A DNA stretch of 64,000 bases from Dendrobates tinctorius (taxonomy: Eukaryota). The DNA is taken from contig NW_027361795.1 in assembly GCF_039654945.1 (NCBI RefSeq), positions 19,096,001-19,160,000 of the forward strand. The letters run 5' to 3'. The notes beneath the pieces are model-generated. The model made no database searches. It was given only the letters and a program-made list of their open reading frames with translations, and was not told the origin of the DNA. This document shows, piece after piece, positions 25,454 through 39,100 of the stretch (positions are counted from its first letter, which is position 1; each line of letters starts with the position of its first letter). A program made the position numbers and the translations under genes.

Positions 25454-28374
25454 GAAGCTACAGGTCAGCTGAGACATTTATTTGCATGCAAATACACTAT
25501 CAATATTAATGTGTTCGTAGATGGATAGTTGGCACAGAATAACCCAAACTCTCAGAACCTCTTGATTATAGATACCAAGTCCCTTATACTAATATGCAAC
25601 ATGGTGCCATATTGTGCTGTGTATTTCAGGTCTGAAAAGAACATGATCGTTTGAATATCCCTAATAAAGACCTGGCTCCCTATCTTTGTATGGAGCAAAT
25701 ATTGGATTTAAGCTCTACACGACCATATGGTAATGTTGGCATCAGTCACATGATCGTAAAACTTGACTGCCTTCTTGGCTGTCCATACTTATATAAAGGC
25801 GCAAAACGCAATCGTCACTTGCATAGTTCCAGGCATTAGAATCTCCTGTATATGCACAGAAATGAAGATAGTTATTGAGACAGACATTATGGACCATCTT
25901 TACCATGTGAACAAGGATATGCCTCAACCATTATTAAACAAGGCAAAGACAGTTGGCTGAGGGCATTAATTGGCATGGTGGAGCTGCGATAAGAAGATAC
26001 TTTTGTTTTTATGAGCACCACATCAAAGTTTAATGCATTTTGCCGACAACCCCTTTGCAAGTAACTCCCCTTTACCCCCCCCCCCTTGATTTTCAGACAA
26101 CCCCTTATGATCCTGGCAAATGAGTAGATGAAGTATGCATGCATAAGATTTATACTGTACCATCACATTCTCTTTATGTGTTATTGAGTAGAACATCAAA
26201 ACAACACAGGAAAAAAATCACATTTTCTTCCAAAATTTTTATTTTAGTAATGATGGTAAATACTTCTCAAAATACAATCTTTATCATTGTGTAAAATCAG
26301 AGCTATATAAATATGGATAGATAGTTATAGATAGATAGAGTAAATAGATATGCTATTATATATGCTATGAATGTGTGACTTGATCTAATGACGGGTTATG
26401 ATACGTCAGAGGACACGAGTGGACATGAATGGAAGAAATGCCAAGAGACATATGCTGCTTCTTCACACTTTAGTAAATTAATCTTTTAGTCATGTTAAAG
26501 CAAAATGCTATATCATGTTGGCACATATTGGGAATGGGTGTACAAGTGCACAAGCTGTTCCAAAAGGCACTGAGCAGCTACAGCTGCTTTCATACATTGT
26601 CCTCTGATGCAGAACTGCATCTGTCACTGAAGATAGAGTCTTTGCTGCAATGGATGAAGGCAACACAAGTGCTCTTACATAGACAGTACCAGCAAAATGG
26701 TCTGGCATGAACAGCAAGAGTTCTTGCAGCATCTAGGTTCTTATTCGTACACTACCAAAAGGTACTTGTTAATATGCAATAATTGACCTTCTGTGCATGA
26801 TGATACAACATAAATGTAGGAAATATGTGGTCCAACCCAAACATTATTTTAGTAACTCAATGTAATGATTATGTCCAAAGATTAAATACTTCAAAAACTA
26901 CCTTTCTATTCAAGGGGCTAAAACCTGATTTAGTCACATCACTGCTTAGGACAAGTCCATGATGTAAACTGGCAGTCAACAAAGTGGGCAGTCAATACAG
27001 ATTAGCTCCAAATCTCTGCTTGCGTCCATACATTGATTGCATGAGAGATATTGGCAAGAGCCAATTTGAATCAGTGGAGACATTTTAGACAATGTAGTAT
27101 ATCCAACAGAAACAAAGGTAATACGTAATATGCTTGTACATGATCTGTAAAAATATAATTTATCATGAATAATGATAGAAACTTTATAAAACTATTTAAT
27201 TTAAGGATTGGTACAAAAAGTGTACCAAGGTACAGTTCTGGCAATATATCATCCATATGGTGCACACCAACCTACCAACCTATTGTTTAAAAATAACTCA
27301 AAAAATATTAAAAAAAGATATCTTGGTGAAACAAGCCCCTTAATAAGATTTCAGAAAAAAAATAAATAAAAGTTTGGGTTGGGAAAGAAGTAATAATGAA
27401 TAGATCTCAGTTTTAGACCCCTGGAATTGCTGTTATCTGATAACCAGAAAATTCAATGTATTGAAGCCACATTCAGTGGCCAGTTACGTTTCTTCCCGAA
27501 ATCCCGCTTCACGTAGGAATACAATCTGTAAGAGACACAATAATCCAATTTATGGACAAGATGGAAATTTACGACAACTCTACATTCCTCTTTCTTCATT
27601 AACTCTCCCTTAGATTCCCTACATCCTTAGAACTTTTTTTGTGCAATTTTTATGCAAATAGGCCGCTTTGGCTTGATCAGACGTTATCGCATATCTTTAG
27701 TTGATATCCTGCTTGCTTAGCATAAGACAAAAATAGAGAAAAAAAAACTGCAAAGGAATAATAGGAAGGATTTGTAGCAGCTGAGGCTTTGCATTCAAAT
27801 GTTAGTCGGCCTCCTCCGAGCCTCAGCTTTATCATGTCTTTACAGCCAACAGCTTGTTTATGAATAAAAAATGTGGCATGAAACCAGAGGAGTGAGTTGT
27901 CTTTGTTTTGTCAAGTGTGCCGAGACAAAATGCTTGCTGCTCACAAGTCTTCACTTCATACAAGCCTTCTGGGACCTACAGGGGCAGCTGGACTCAAACT
28001 GCTACCTGCAGTCTGGTTGCTATGGCAAGGCCGCTTCACCTCCTTGATAGCTCTTGAATATTCATGAAGCCAGGGTGCCAGCAAGAAGGGGGACTCCAAG
28101 ATCTCGAATGCAAAACAGCCGGGCTTTGACAGGCAGGCACTTTATTAACTCATTAAGCTCATCTTGTTCCTTTAAATCCAATGTAATTGCAAATAAAGCT
28201 GTCACACTTTGTTTGCAGTTATATAATTTAACAAAGTACTGCATTGACCTATGAATCCAGGAGGAAGTGTAGGATATGAGATCTGGCAACAGTATTCATA
28301 CAGAATCAGTGGTTAAAACACTCACGTGTAATGCATAATGGTGCCGCTCATTACATTACAGAGCTCTAATATTA

Positions 28375-28558
28375 GGCCACGTTCACACGTTCCGTATTTG
28401 GTGAGTATTCAGTATTTGTAAGCCAAAACCAGGAGTGGAAGAATCAGAGGAAAAGTATAATAAAATCCCGTCACCACTTCTGTATTTATCACCCACTTAC
28501 TTGGCTTACAAATACTGAGGTAAAAAACGCACCAAATACTAAATGTGTGAACATGGCC
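28375..28558. mobile_element. PIF/Harbinger-type MITE (184 bp)
   Basis: TIR GGCCACGTTCACAC / GTGTGAACATGGCC; TTA on both sides. Confidence 0.75.
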
Positions 28559-29555
28559 TTAGTTACATTGTGCGTCGGGTCCCATGCACACCGGAGAGCC
28601 TGTGCATGAAGGCGCCACAGAAGCGGATGCAGTTCTTTTGATTTGGACATGGTGTGCCACTATATGATGCCCTATGCTGTATTACATCAATGAATCTAGG
28701 GAAGTAATATGAAATCTGACAGAGCGTGACACACTTTTTTCTGTGAGGTTTACATAGAAACCAACATAATAAACCTATCTGTATGTCTGTGTGAAACTGG
28801 AGCCATGTAGAGGTATAGTGTAGCCTTCCACAGGCTAAAGGTGCTGTGTTACGGCTTCATGAAGTGGTTGCACAGACCAGTAATATGCTTCTATTCATGA
28901 GCCCTTATTTTCTCTGCTCCGGCACATCACATGGCAACAAACCTTAGCATTAGTCACAATGATTTCACTGTATAAAATCTGTTTTCTACCATATCCATGT
29001 AAAATAGAAGAAGGTTAGATTTATGCTTATTACATTTTGGTCGTTTTTATCTCGACGCACTGAAACACACGTTATGGAGCCTGCAAAGAAGAAATGACAA
29101 GAGAGCAAAGTAAAACTTGCATTTTGAGGTTCAGACTATTCCATGCATTCAGATCAATAGAGTTTCCCCTGAGCCCAGTAAGGAATAGGTTACAAGAAGA
29201 AGAGCTCTGTGGTGCAAAATCTGTAGCCAAGAGATTAACTGAACGTTAGCACTGCTGTTCCTGATGGTTAATCTGAAATCATTTAATGCACAGTACTATT
29301 CATGCGGTTGGAGCCATTAACACACTGTGGAATACTTACTCGTCCTAATCACCAGAATAAGCAGTCAGTAGTAATCATAGAAAAAACACAATTTTAAAGC
29401 AATATTGTGTTTCAGTAAACCCTAAACAGAATGATCCTAATAATATTATTAACATTCCAGAATTGGCAATTTAAAAATACATGTCACCAAAAACACAGAA
29501 ATACCACAGAATCCACCGTTGATTCCAAAGCTTCTCTCTTCATGAAACAGGAAAA

Positions 29556-30655
29556 TCCCACCTAATAATGGTACCACCTAATAATAATACCACCTAATAA
29601 TATACCATCTAATAATAGTACCACCTAATAATAATACCACCTAATAATAATACCACCTAATAATGGTACCACCTAATAATAATACCACCTAATAATAAAC
29701 CATCTAATAATAGTACCACCTAATAATAATACCACCTAATAATAATACCACCTAATAATAACAACACCTAATAATAGTGCCACCTAATAATAGTACTGCC
29801 AAATAAAATGTCACCTAAGAGTACCACCTAATAATAGTACCATCTAAAAATATACCACCTACTAATAATACCACCTAATACTACCACCTAATAATGGTAC
29901 CACCTAAAAGTACCACCTAATATTAATAACACCTAATAATAGTACCACCTAATAGTACCACCTAATAATAATACCACCTAATAATATACCATCTAACAAT
30001 AGTACCACCTAATAATAATACCACCTAATAATAATACCACCTAATAATAGTACCACCGAATAATAATACCACCTAATAATAATAACACCTAATAATATAC
30101 CACTAATAATAGTGCCACCAAATAAAATGTCACCTAATAGTACCACCTAATAATAGTACCATTTAAAAATATACCACCTACTAATAATACCACCTAATAC
30201 TACCACCTAATAATAATGGCACCTAATAATGGTACCACCTAAAAGTACCACCTAATATTAATAACACCTAATAATAGTACCACCTAATAGTACCACCTAA
30301 TAATAATACCACCTAAAAATATACCAGCTAATAATAGTACCATCAAATAAATTGCCACCTAATAATACCACCTAATAATAATACCTAATAATATAACACC
30401 TAGTAATAGTACCACCTAATAAAATGCCACCTAATAATAGTATCACCTAATAAAATCTGACCTAATAGTACCATCTAATAGTACCACCTAATAAAATCCC
30501 ACCTAATAATAGTACCACCTAATAATAATACCACCTAATAATATATGGAACCTTTTTAATGGAAAAATAAAAGTTACATTTTATCCTACCATTGGACTGA
30601 TGGCTGGAGAAACAATACTATTTCCTAATAATATATTATCTAATAATAGTACCAC
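29556..30655. repeat. (TAATAATACCACC)-type minisatellite, continuing at 49406-49600 beyond the hAT insertion
   Basis: Same 13-16 bp unit on both sides of the 18.75-kb element. Confidence 0.95.
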
Positions 30656-31196
30656 TAGTGATGAGCGTGCACTAAAATGCTCAAGTGCTTGTTGCTCGGA
30701 TGGAGCAAATTGGAATACTCAGGTACTCGACCCGAGCAACAAGTCCAATGTTAGTCTATGGGAAATCCAAGCTTTTTCCCATGACCCCCCCCAGAGGTCT
30801 TTCTAGGGTATCAAAACGTCGGAAATGTATGGGGACAGTGCACAAAATACATGGGAACATCATGGGGAACACCCCTGGAAGCATTTCTAACTCCTAAGTC
30901 ACTGCTGTGACCAATGTTGTCAGAGTGTGACGCCACTTTTACAGGCACACAGTAAAACATACAAAAACAAAGCCAAAATGGATTTTACAGGGAAATATGT
31001 TAAGGGACTTCCTTTCCAGGGTAATAATTTGTGTGTAAGGCAAAAGAAATAACCCCCCCAAAAAAGTTCCCCCACCACTTTGGCTGTGTAGCATTTTTAT
31101 GCGTTTTTCAACATTACCACTGCTTTCAACCAATACTAATGCATTTACTGGGAAATGTCATTGTAGCATTTAACAACCTTAGCTGGCCATGTGGTG

Positions 31197-32440
31197 TAGA
31201 ATCATAGAATCGTAGAGTTGGAAGGGACCTCCTGGGCCATCTGGTCCAACCCCCTGCTCAAAGCAGGATTCGCTAAATCATCCCAGTCAGATGTCTGTCC
31301 AGCCTCTGTTTGAAGACTTGCATTGAAGGAAAACTCACCACTTCTCGTGGCAGCTTGTTCCACTCATTGATCACTCTAACTGTCAAAAACTTTTTTCTAA
31401 TATCTAATCTGTCTCCTCCCATTCAGTTTCATCCCATTGCTTCTAGTCTTTCCTTGTGCAAATGAGAATAAAGTTGATCCTTCTACAATGTGACAGCCCT
31501 TTAGATATTTGTAGACAACTATTAAGTCTCCTCTCAGTCTTCTCTTTTGCAAACTAAACAATCCCAAATCCTGTAACCTTTCCTCATAAGACAGGGTTTG
31601 CAGACCGGTCACCATTCTGGTTGCTCTTTTCTGAACTTGCTCCAGTTTGTTGATGTCTTTTTTAAAATGTGGTGCCCAAAACTGGACACAATATTCCAGA
31701 TGAGGTCTGACCAAAGAGGAGTTGAGGGAAATAATGACTTCACGTGATCTAGACTGTATGCTTCAGTTAATACATCCTAGAATTGCATTTGTCTTTTTTG
31801 CTGTTGCATCACACTGTTGACTAATATTCAGTCTGTGATCTAATAGTATACCCAAGTCTTTTTCACATGTGCTGTTGCTTAGGCCCTTTTCCTCCCATTC
31901 TGTATATGCTTTTTTCATTTTTATTGCCCAGATGTAGTACTTTGCATTTTTCCCTGTTAAAAACCATTCTGTTAGTTGCTGCCCACTTCTCCAGTTTATT
32001 TATATCTTTTTGAATCCTCTCTCTCTCTTCTCTAGCATTAGCTATCCCTCCTAGCTTTGTGTCATCAGCAAATTTAATCAGTTTACCCTCAATTCCTTCA
32101 TCTAAATCATTGATAAAGATGTTGAACAATACAGGGCCCAGGACAGAGCCCTGTGGTACCCCACTTGAGACATTCTTCCAACTGGATGTGCAGCCATTTA
32201 CGACCACTCTTTGGGTCCGATCACTAAGCCAGTTATGAATCCACCAAACAGTTGCCTTGTCCATTCCATACTTAGTCATTTTTTCAATAAGGATTGTATG
32301 AGATACTTTGTCAAATGCTTTGCTGAAGTCAAGATATACTATATCTACAGCATTTCCTTGATCCACCCAATCAGTGATTCCGTCATAGAAGGAAATTAAG
32401 TTAGTCTGACATGACTTATTAGTTACAAACCCATGCTGAC
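31197..32440 (-). mobile_element. 5'-truncated CR1 LINE (RT C-terminal half plus 3' tail)
   Basis: [44 protein letters not shown]; TAGAATCA tail repeats at 31197. Confidence 0.93.
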
Positions 32441-32459
32441 TTATAATATTCCAATTATA

Positions 32460-33050
32460 AGAAAGTAGGTCTCCCATAGTGTTTGCCTATGCAATAAATG
32501 CAAGGCCTGCCCTGCCACAAAGTCACATGCACCCCAATAAGCCTTTGAACCTATGACCTGGAAGGCCACAGGAAAACAAAGCTCACCTTTTTCTTTTGGT
32601 ACTGCCATACTGTTAGCCTATGCATTGAATACACGACCTTCCCTAATGCACCCTAAACAGCCTTTGAATGGCCACAGGAAAGCCAAGTTCACATTATACA
32701 TTTTGTTCTTCCATACTGTTAGCCTGTGCATTGAATGAAAGGCATGCCTTGCCACAAAGTTACACGCACCTTGATAACCCTTTGAAATGACGTACTGGTT
32801 GGCCACAGGAAAACCAAATTTACATTATTGTTTTGGTACTGCCATACTGGTAGCCTATGCATTGAATACAAGGCCCGCCTTGCCCCGAAGTTACATGCAC
32901 CACAATAAGCCTTTGAAATGACGTACTGGATGGCCACATGAAATGAAAGTTCCTATTATTACTTTTTTTTACTACCATAAAGTGTGTCCATGAAGTGAAT
33001 GCAAGGCCTAGCCCACATTTGCACGCACCACAATCTCCCTTGGAATTTAA
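32460..33050. repeat. Diverged ~131-bp tandem repeat inside the hAT
   Basis: (G/T)CCATACTG(T/G)TAGCCT.TGCATTGAAT recurs at ~32600, 32705 and 32836, degenerate at ~32968. Confidence 0.8.
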
Positions 33051-33278
33051 GTGTAGGAGGGCCTCATAAAAAAAGGTCTCATTACAAAGGAGCAGGTCTC
33101 CTATACTTGGAATGCCCACACCCTAAGTATATGGGCTGACAAACATTTCCCCCTGGGGGGTACACATCAACATAGTGTGTAAACTTTTTTTTTTTTACTG
33201 GCATCATAAACACCCTGGAAAACAGGAACGTGGTTTCCTACAGTTGCTGCTGGGAAGGTGCAGGTTTTTAGCAAAAAT

Positions 33279-34563
33279 ATGGTGGACGAGTTGTTGGATG
33301 AAGTGATCAGGAAAAGAGACATGGTGACGGCAGGAATGGGACCATACAGGATTAATAATGGCGGTGGTTATGGGAGGTATGAGATCCAGGATACAGCCTA
33401 CAATGATTAGTCATTTATTCGCCCGCCACCAATTACCAGAATGCATTTCATGCCTGTCAGAAAATCCGAGTAACAGATGCGCATCTGAAGCTCTGCATAA
33501 AATATTCCAGTAAGAAAAATGTTGTCCGTATAAAGGGCAAAGGGCAAAGTGCAACATGCTCGTGAGATGCTGAATTATACAAAGCAGATCAGCGTTTGAG
33601 GAAAACCAAACAAACTGATGGATGCTCGTGAAAAACTAAGTTTAAAGAGTAGTGCACCGGCCGAAACTATCAACACACCCGTGGCTCAAGGTTCGTCATC
33701 TTCGCCTATACATATTACCAATAATATTCAAATGTCACAGCTGATAAATATTTGTTCCAGTGTAACAAACACTGTTAAAGGAATGCCAATAAACGTAGTT
33801 AACCACAAACATAGGAAACAACTGATTTCCTCTTTACAAGATATGGACGATTTTGGTATTGATGACGACTTGGAACTTTAATACAACCCCATCAAGAAGA
33901 TGAAGATCACAGCTGCAAACAAAGTTCAAAAAAGGCCGTGATTGTCTGAAAATTCATTTTCTCTTGGGCAGAATTTACCTCTTACTAAAGTGTTACAGAA
34001 TGATGCATACACAGCTCCAAATCTACTCAGCTCGACACTTTGCCAATCGCCACCGTTATTGCACGCAAATGCAGTAACCAATGGGTCACTGACACTTGTC
34101 ACAAAGGAGGCCAGTTCATCAGTAGGGCCCCACTCATAAAGAGTCTGTCTTTAGCTCTTTAGAAGGCACAAAAATTACCATTAATAATTTGCATCCAAGA
34201 GTTACAGAGGAAGATAGCGTGGAGCTTTTCTGTGCATGCGGTGCCTTTGAAGTGCACCTGCTTGTTGCGTTCCAGAGTTGCAGAGGTTGTGTTTGTAAGA
34301 AAGGAAGATGCAATTGGTGCCTACAAAAATACAACAACAGAAACCTAGATGGACAACCAATGAAATGCAATTTTCTTTCGAATGGTAGTGTGATAACATC
34401 AGACTAGCCCATACTTCTAAGATTAATTGACACCCCATCAAAGAAGGAAAGTTATTGTCGAAGAAACACAAACTCCTCCTCCAGTGCTGCTTAAAATCCT
34501 CCAGCTAAAGTTGATCCTGATACTATCTTAAAAGCACTCTTTAAATCCTCAGGGTCATCAGCA
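33279..34563 (+). pseudogene. poldip3: Intronless POLDIP3 (SKAR/PDIP46) copy, near full-length CDS with stops and frameshifts
   Basis: Colinear peptides match recalled vertebrate POLDIP3: MVDELLDEVIRKR (MADISLDELIRKR), VQHAREMLN, DAREKLSLK, GMPINVVN, LPLTKVLQNDAYTAP, RRM LEGTKITINNLHPRVTEEDSVELFCACGA, KYNNRNLDGQPMKCN, PAKVDPDTILKALFKSSG. Confidence 0.92.
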
Positions 34564-35093
34564 ATGATTTTTAAACAGCAGACAAAAAGGCAGCAACACT
34601 TACCTGCCCTGATTTTGGAACAAATGACCTACAGAGTGCAGCCAGCCCATAAAGCAAGATGTTAGCAACACAGGTGCAAAATACCAGATCAGCAGCCACT
34701 CTCCACCTACCCATTCCTGGAGGGGGTGACTGCATAGTACACAATTGCACAATAAAGGCCTGCATAGGGTATTGTTCACATAAGGGTACTGCATAGTGTC
34801 TGGATCACAGCCCATTAGTCACGCCCCTACTTTCCGATTAGGCGGGCTGGCCAGAGAAATGCTGGGAGGACATAGATTGTGGTTTTCTATCAACTTCATC
34901 TGCATTTTAAAATTTTTACGTAATGCTGGTAATTAAACAAAAGGTACTCTAGTGTTGACAGGGCGCAGTGCCATACCACAACTATCTATTTGCTCTTCCT
35001 GTACAACCCTATAATTTTTTAATAATTGATATTTAGTTGTACTCCTCATTGAGAGGGAGGACACACAAGAAGCGATAGGTGAACTCTGCTGAG

Positions 35094-35544
35094 TATAGTT
35101 GAGCGAAACAGGTCGGCCAGATTCATAAGTCGCCAACTTATGGCAAAGTCGGGTTTCGCCGACCGAAACCCAACCACAACGTGAAGTCGGCCATGCGGTC
35201 AGCAAAACGAGCGCCAAAGTCGGATTTCCCAGAATGCTTGCATGTGACTTTTTTCAGCCACTGAGCAAGGACGTACACTGTGGGCAACGAGATGACATGT
35301 GCAGCGTTCGGGGAGAGAGAGAGATTTTGCGCACTTTAAAAAAGCGGTCTGGCATGTAGGTGTGTTTACTGTCCTCCACTCCCTGACGACTTTGCTTCCC
35401 TATTGACTTGCATTGGGTTTCGTGTTTCAGTCGGACCTTCGACTTTTCCCGATAGTCGGCCAATTTAGTTCGACTCGACTTTTGAGAAAGTCGGGTTTCA
35501 TGAAACCCGACTAGATCCTAAAAAGGCAAAGTTGCTCATCTCTT
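35094..35544 (+). mobile_element. 451-bp non-autonomous hAT (MITE) related to the element ending at 7753
   Basis: Ends TATAGTTGAGCG / GCTCATCTCTT; 6/8 TSD match CTGCTGAG/CAACTGAG; subterminal sequence resembles the reverse complement of 7620-7753. Confidence 0.8.
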
Positions 35545-36174
35545 CAACTGAGACTACAAATATCCCTTTGCAAACAATAACGTGGCTGTTGCATCACGGA
35601 ACACGTTCACCCTGGTGTTCTAGAAATGGTGTCTGAAGAGATGTGGAGGATGTGTGGTATCTCACTAAGAAGCCATTTCTATGGAATACTGTATATATTG
35701 TGTGTTTTCATATAAATGCTCTCCATTTTTATGTGGACTGGGAATTTTAAATACATTGTGAGACCTGCTGACAGGCAACACAAAAAGGGATAATCCTCTC
35801 CTCCCAGGCTTTATCAGGTAACCCAGCTCTGCTTTAAAATGCATAAAGTATCAGGCCTACATCAAATTTTTTTGGTTGTGTCTTAGCCTAGTTATTCACA
35901 CAATTTTTCTGGCCCAAAAATAACACAATACAAGTAAGATATTTGAGCGTGGCCTGTTTCCAACAGAATCCTCATCTATCTATGTGCTAAAAATTGTGGC
36001 ATTTGAGTCCTCCATTGAACTGTTTTTCCTGTCTCTTACTAAAGTTATTGACAACAGTTTTATGACAAAAAAATTTTTGGACTATAGGCCAGATATTTTA
36101 AACTGTGGGTGTCACACACAGATAACATATAAGTTCGCTAAAAATTCTGCCATTTGGAGTGAACATGGAAAATA

Positions 36175-39100
36175 ATGTAGTACATTTAAAAGGGGCAAGG
36201 CATGTGGCCAGGGACGGGGAAGTGGACATGATGGTGATGGTGCATGCAGAGGCTGAGGCTGTTGGCAAGCTGAAATTAGGCCACAACAAACACCCACATT
36301 TTCTCGTTCGACCTTCCTATCACAATTGCTAGGGGAATGCATCAGCACACCGAGTATTGAACCCACAGCAGTATCAAAAGGTTGTTGGTTGGATAATGGA
36401 TAATGATTCCAGTCACTTTGCCACCACCAGTCACTTTGCCACCACCACCAGCACCCTATCTTCCACACGGTCAAGTCTGAGTAGCCGTGGGTCTGGACCG
36501 CATATTCCTCACCCTGATCCTCCTTCCTCCCACCATGCCGATTGCCTGTAGACAACTGATCCCACACTTGGACACTACCAAGAGCTGTTCACTTTAACAT
36601 TTATAGATTTGGGACTCTCATGCGGTACACTTGAAGCTGGGCAAGATGATATCGCATAGTGCTGCCCAAATATTTGAGCAGCCACGGTCACAAAGGGCCA
36701 GTGATGGAAATGTGTCACAAGAGGTGGGCGATGATGAAGAAAGTCAGGAGGAGGACCAGGGTGCGGAAGTGGAAAATGAGGTGGTGGGTGATATTATTAT
36801 TAGTCATTTTTATAGCGCCATTTATTTTATGGCGCTTTACATGTGAAAAAGGGCAGACATAGACAAGTACACTAAACATGAGCAATATAAGGCACACGCA
36901 AGTATAGAAGGAGAGAGGACTCTTCCCACGAGGGCTCACAGTCTACAGAGAATGAGTGTGTATACAATAGGAGAGGGTAGAGCTGGTCATGTGGTTCAGT
37001 AAACTGAGAATCACTGCAGGTTGTAGGCTTGTTGGAAGATGTTGTTCTTCAGGTTTGTTTTGAATGTGTCCGTGGAAGGTGGTAGTCTGATGTGTTGGGG
37101 TAGAGAGTTACAGAATATGGGTGAAGCACGGGAGAAGTCCTGTATGCGGTTGGGGGAAGAAGAGATAAGAGGGGAGTAGAGAAGAAGATGTTGAGAGGAT
37201 CAAAGGTTGCGTGTAGGTAAGTCCAGGGAGACAATGTCACAGATTTATGTGGGAGACAGGTTGTGGATGGCTTTGTATGTCATAGTTTTAGGGTTTAGCG
37301 AGGAGAGGCTGGGGAATAAAGGGAACACAGGTGGATTAGTCAGGCAGCATAGTTTAGGATAGATTGGAGTGGTGCAAGAGTGCTATAGGGGAGGCCAGAG
37401 AGTAGAATGTTGCAATAGTCGAGGCGGGAGATGATGGGGGTGTGCAAAATCATATGTGCAGTTTCTTGATCAAGGAATGTAAGGATGTGGGAAATGTTTT
37501 TGAGTTGGAGTCGGCAGGAGGAGGCAAGGGCTTGGATATGTGACTTGAAAGAGCGGGCAGAGTAGAGGATCACCGCGAGACACTGCTTATGCGGGACTGG
37601 GGAAAGTGATCAGCCATTAACATTGACGGTTAGTTCTGGTGGAGGGGTACAGTGAGATGGTTGAAAGATGATGAATTCTATTTTGTCCATGTTCACTTTT
37701 AGAAAATGAGCAGAAAATAAGGAGGATATAGGGGACAGACATTGTGTGATTTTGGTAAGTAAGGAGGTGATGTCAGGTCGAGATAGGTAGATATGCGTGT
37801 CATCGGCGTAGAGATGATATTGCAAACCGTGGGATTCTATTAGTTGTCCCAGGCCGAAGGTGGAGATGGAGAAGCGTAGGGGGGCCTAGAACTGAGCCTT
37901 GGGGAACCCCGAAACACAGGGGGTGAGGTGAGGAGGTGGTATGGGAGAGGGCGACACTGAATGTCCCCTTAACACCAACACTACGGAAGTTGCCAGTACA
38001 ACTGCTAGGTGTTCCCAAGTCTGGTGATTTTTTAAAAACTCTACCAATAACCTCAAAAAGGCCATTTTCATCACCGGCCTTGCCAGCATCAGCAGGGGTA
38101 GAGAAAAGTCCAGCCTGTCCATCACCAGCATGATCAGGCACGTGGCAGCAAAGCACCCGACTTTGTGGGCCAAACACCAGGCTCCAGGAACAGTGTCTGT
38201 GGGTGATACCACTGTTTCTTTTGCTGTTGTGCGTGCAAGCAAATACACTATCCATGGTGCATGCAAAGATGCCTCCTGCCCTGCATCTGTCATTGCACAC
38301 AAACTCAAATAGCACCATCAACAAGCACGTCCACATCCTTGTCCAGCGCAGCGTTCAGTTGTCCATACCCCAGTCCTTGGAGCGCAAGCGGAAATATTCA
38401 GTCAAAGCCCCAAAGAACACAGTAATAAATTCACACATTTCTCTTCTGCTTGCACTCGAAATGTTGCCTTTTAGCCTCGTGAAGATGGAGCTTTCTGCAA
38501 CCTGATTTTGGCATCCATCTAAAAAAAGGACTATGTCCCCAGCTGCCACTATTTCTCCCGGTGTACCTTCACGGCATTACACAAGAACGTGTCCCACTAC
38601 ATTACTCATGCCATCAACCATGCTAATACTGGGAAAGTCCACTTAATCACAGACACGTGGACAAGTGCTTGTGGGAAGGGATGGTACATCTCGCTGATGG
38701 CACACTGGGTTAACATAGTAGAAGCCGCGACCCAGACAGACCTTGGAATGGAACACATCCTCCCGATGCTGAGAATTGCGGGCCCTATGTCAATCAGGGT
38801 TGACCCCCAAAATCTACAGCTCTTGCACCTCCTCTTCAGCCTCAATCAAGCATCAACAGGCTGTACTGAAGCTAATATGCTTAGGTGACAAACCGCACAA
38901 TGCTGAAGAATTGTGGACAGCTCTGAAAGAGCAGGTAGATCTGTGGCTGACACTGCTGAACCTATAGCCAGGCATTGTCATGTGTGACAATAGCCAGAAC
39001 CTGGTGGCGGCTCTGAGGTGAGGCGAGCTCACACACATACCATGCCTGGCCCATGTACTTAACCTGATTGTTCAACGGTTTCTCAAATGCGACCTGGAGC

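Noticed and set aside
34189-34407. Cys-rich CxC..CxxCxC peptide as a novel zinc finger
   Set aside because: Most cysteines come from a frameshift within the POLDIP3 RRM.
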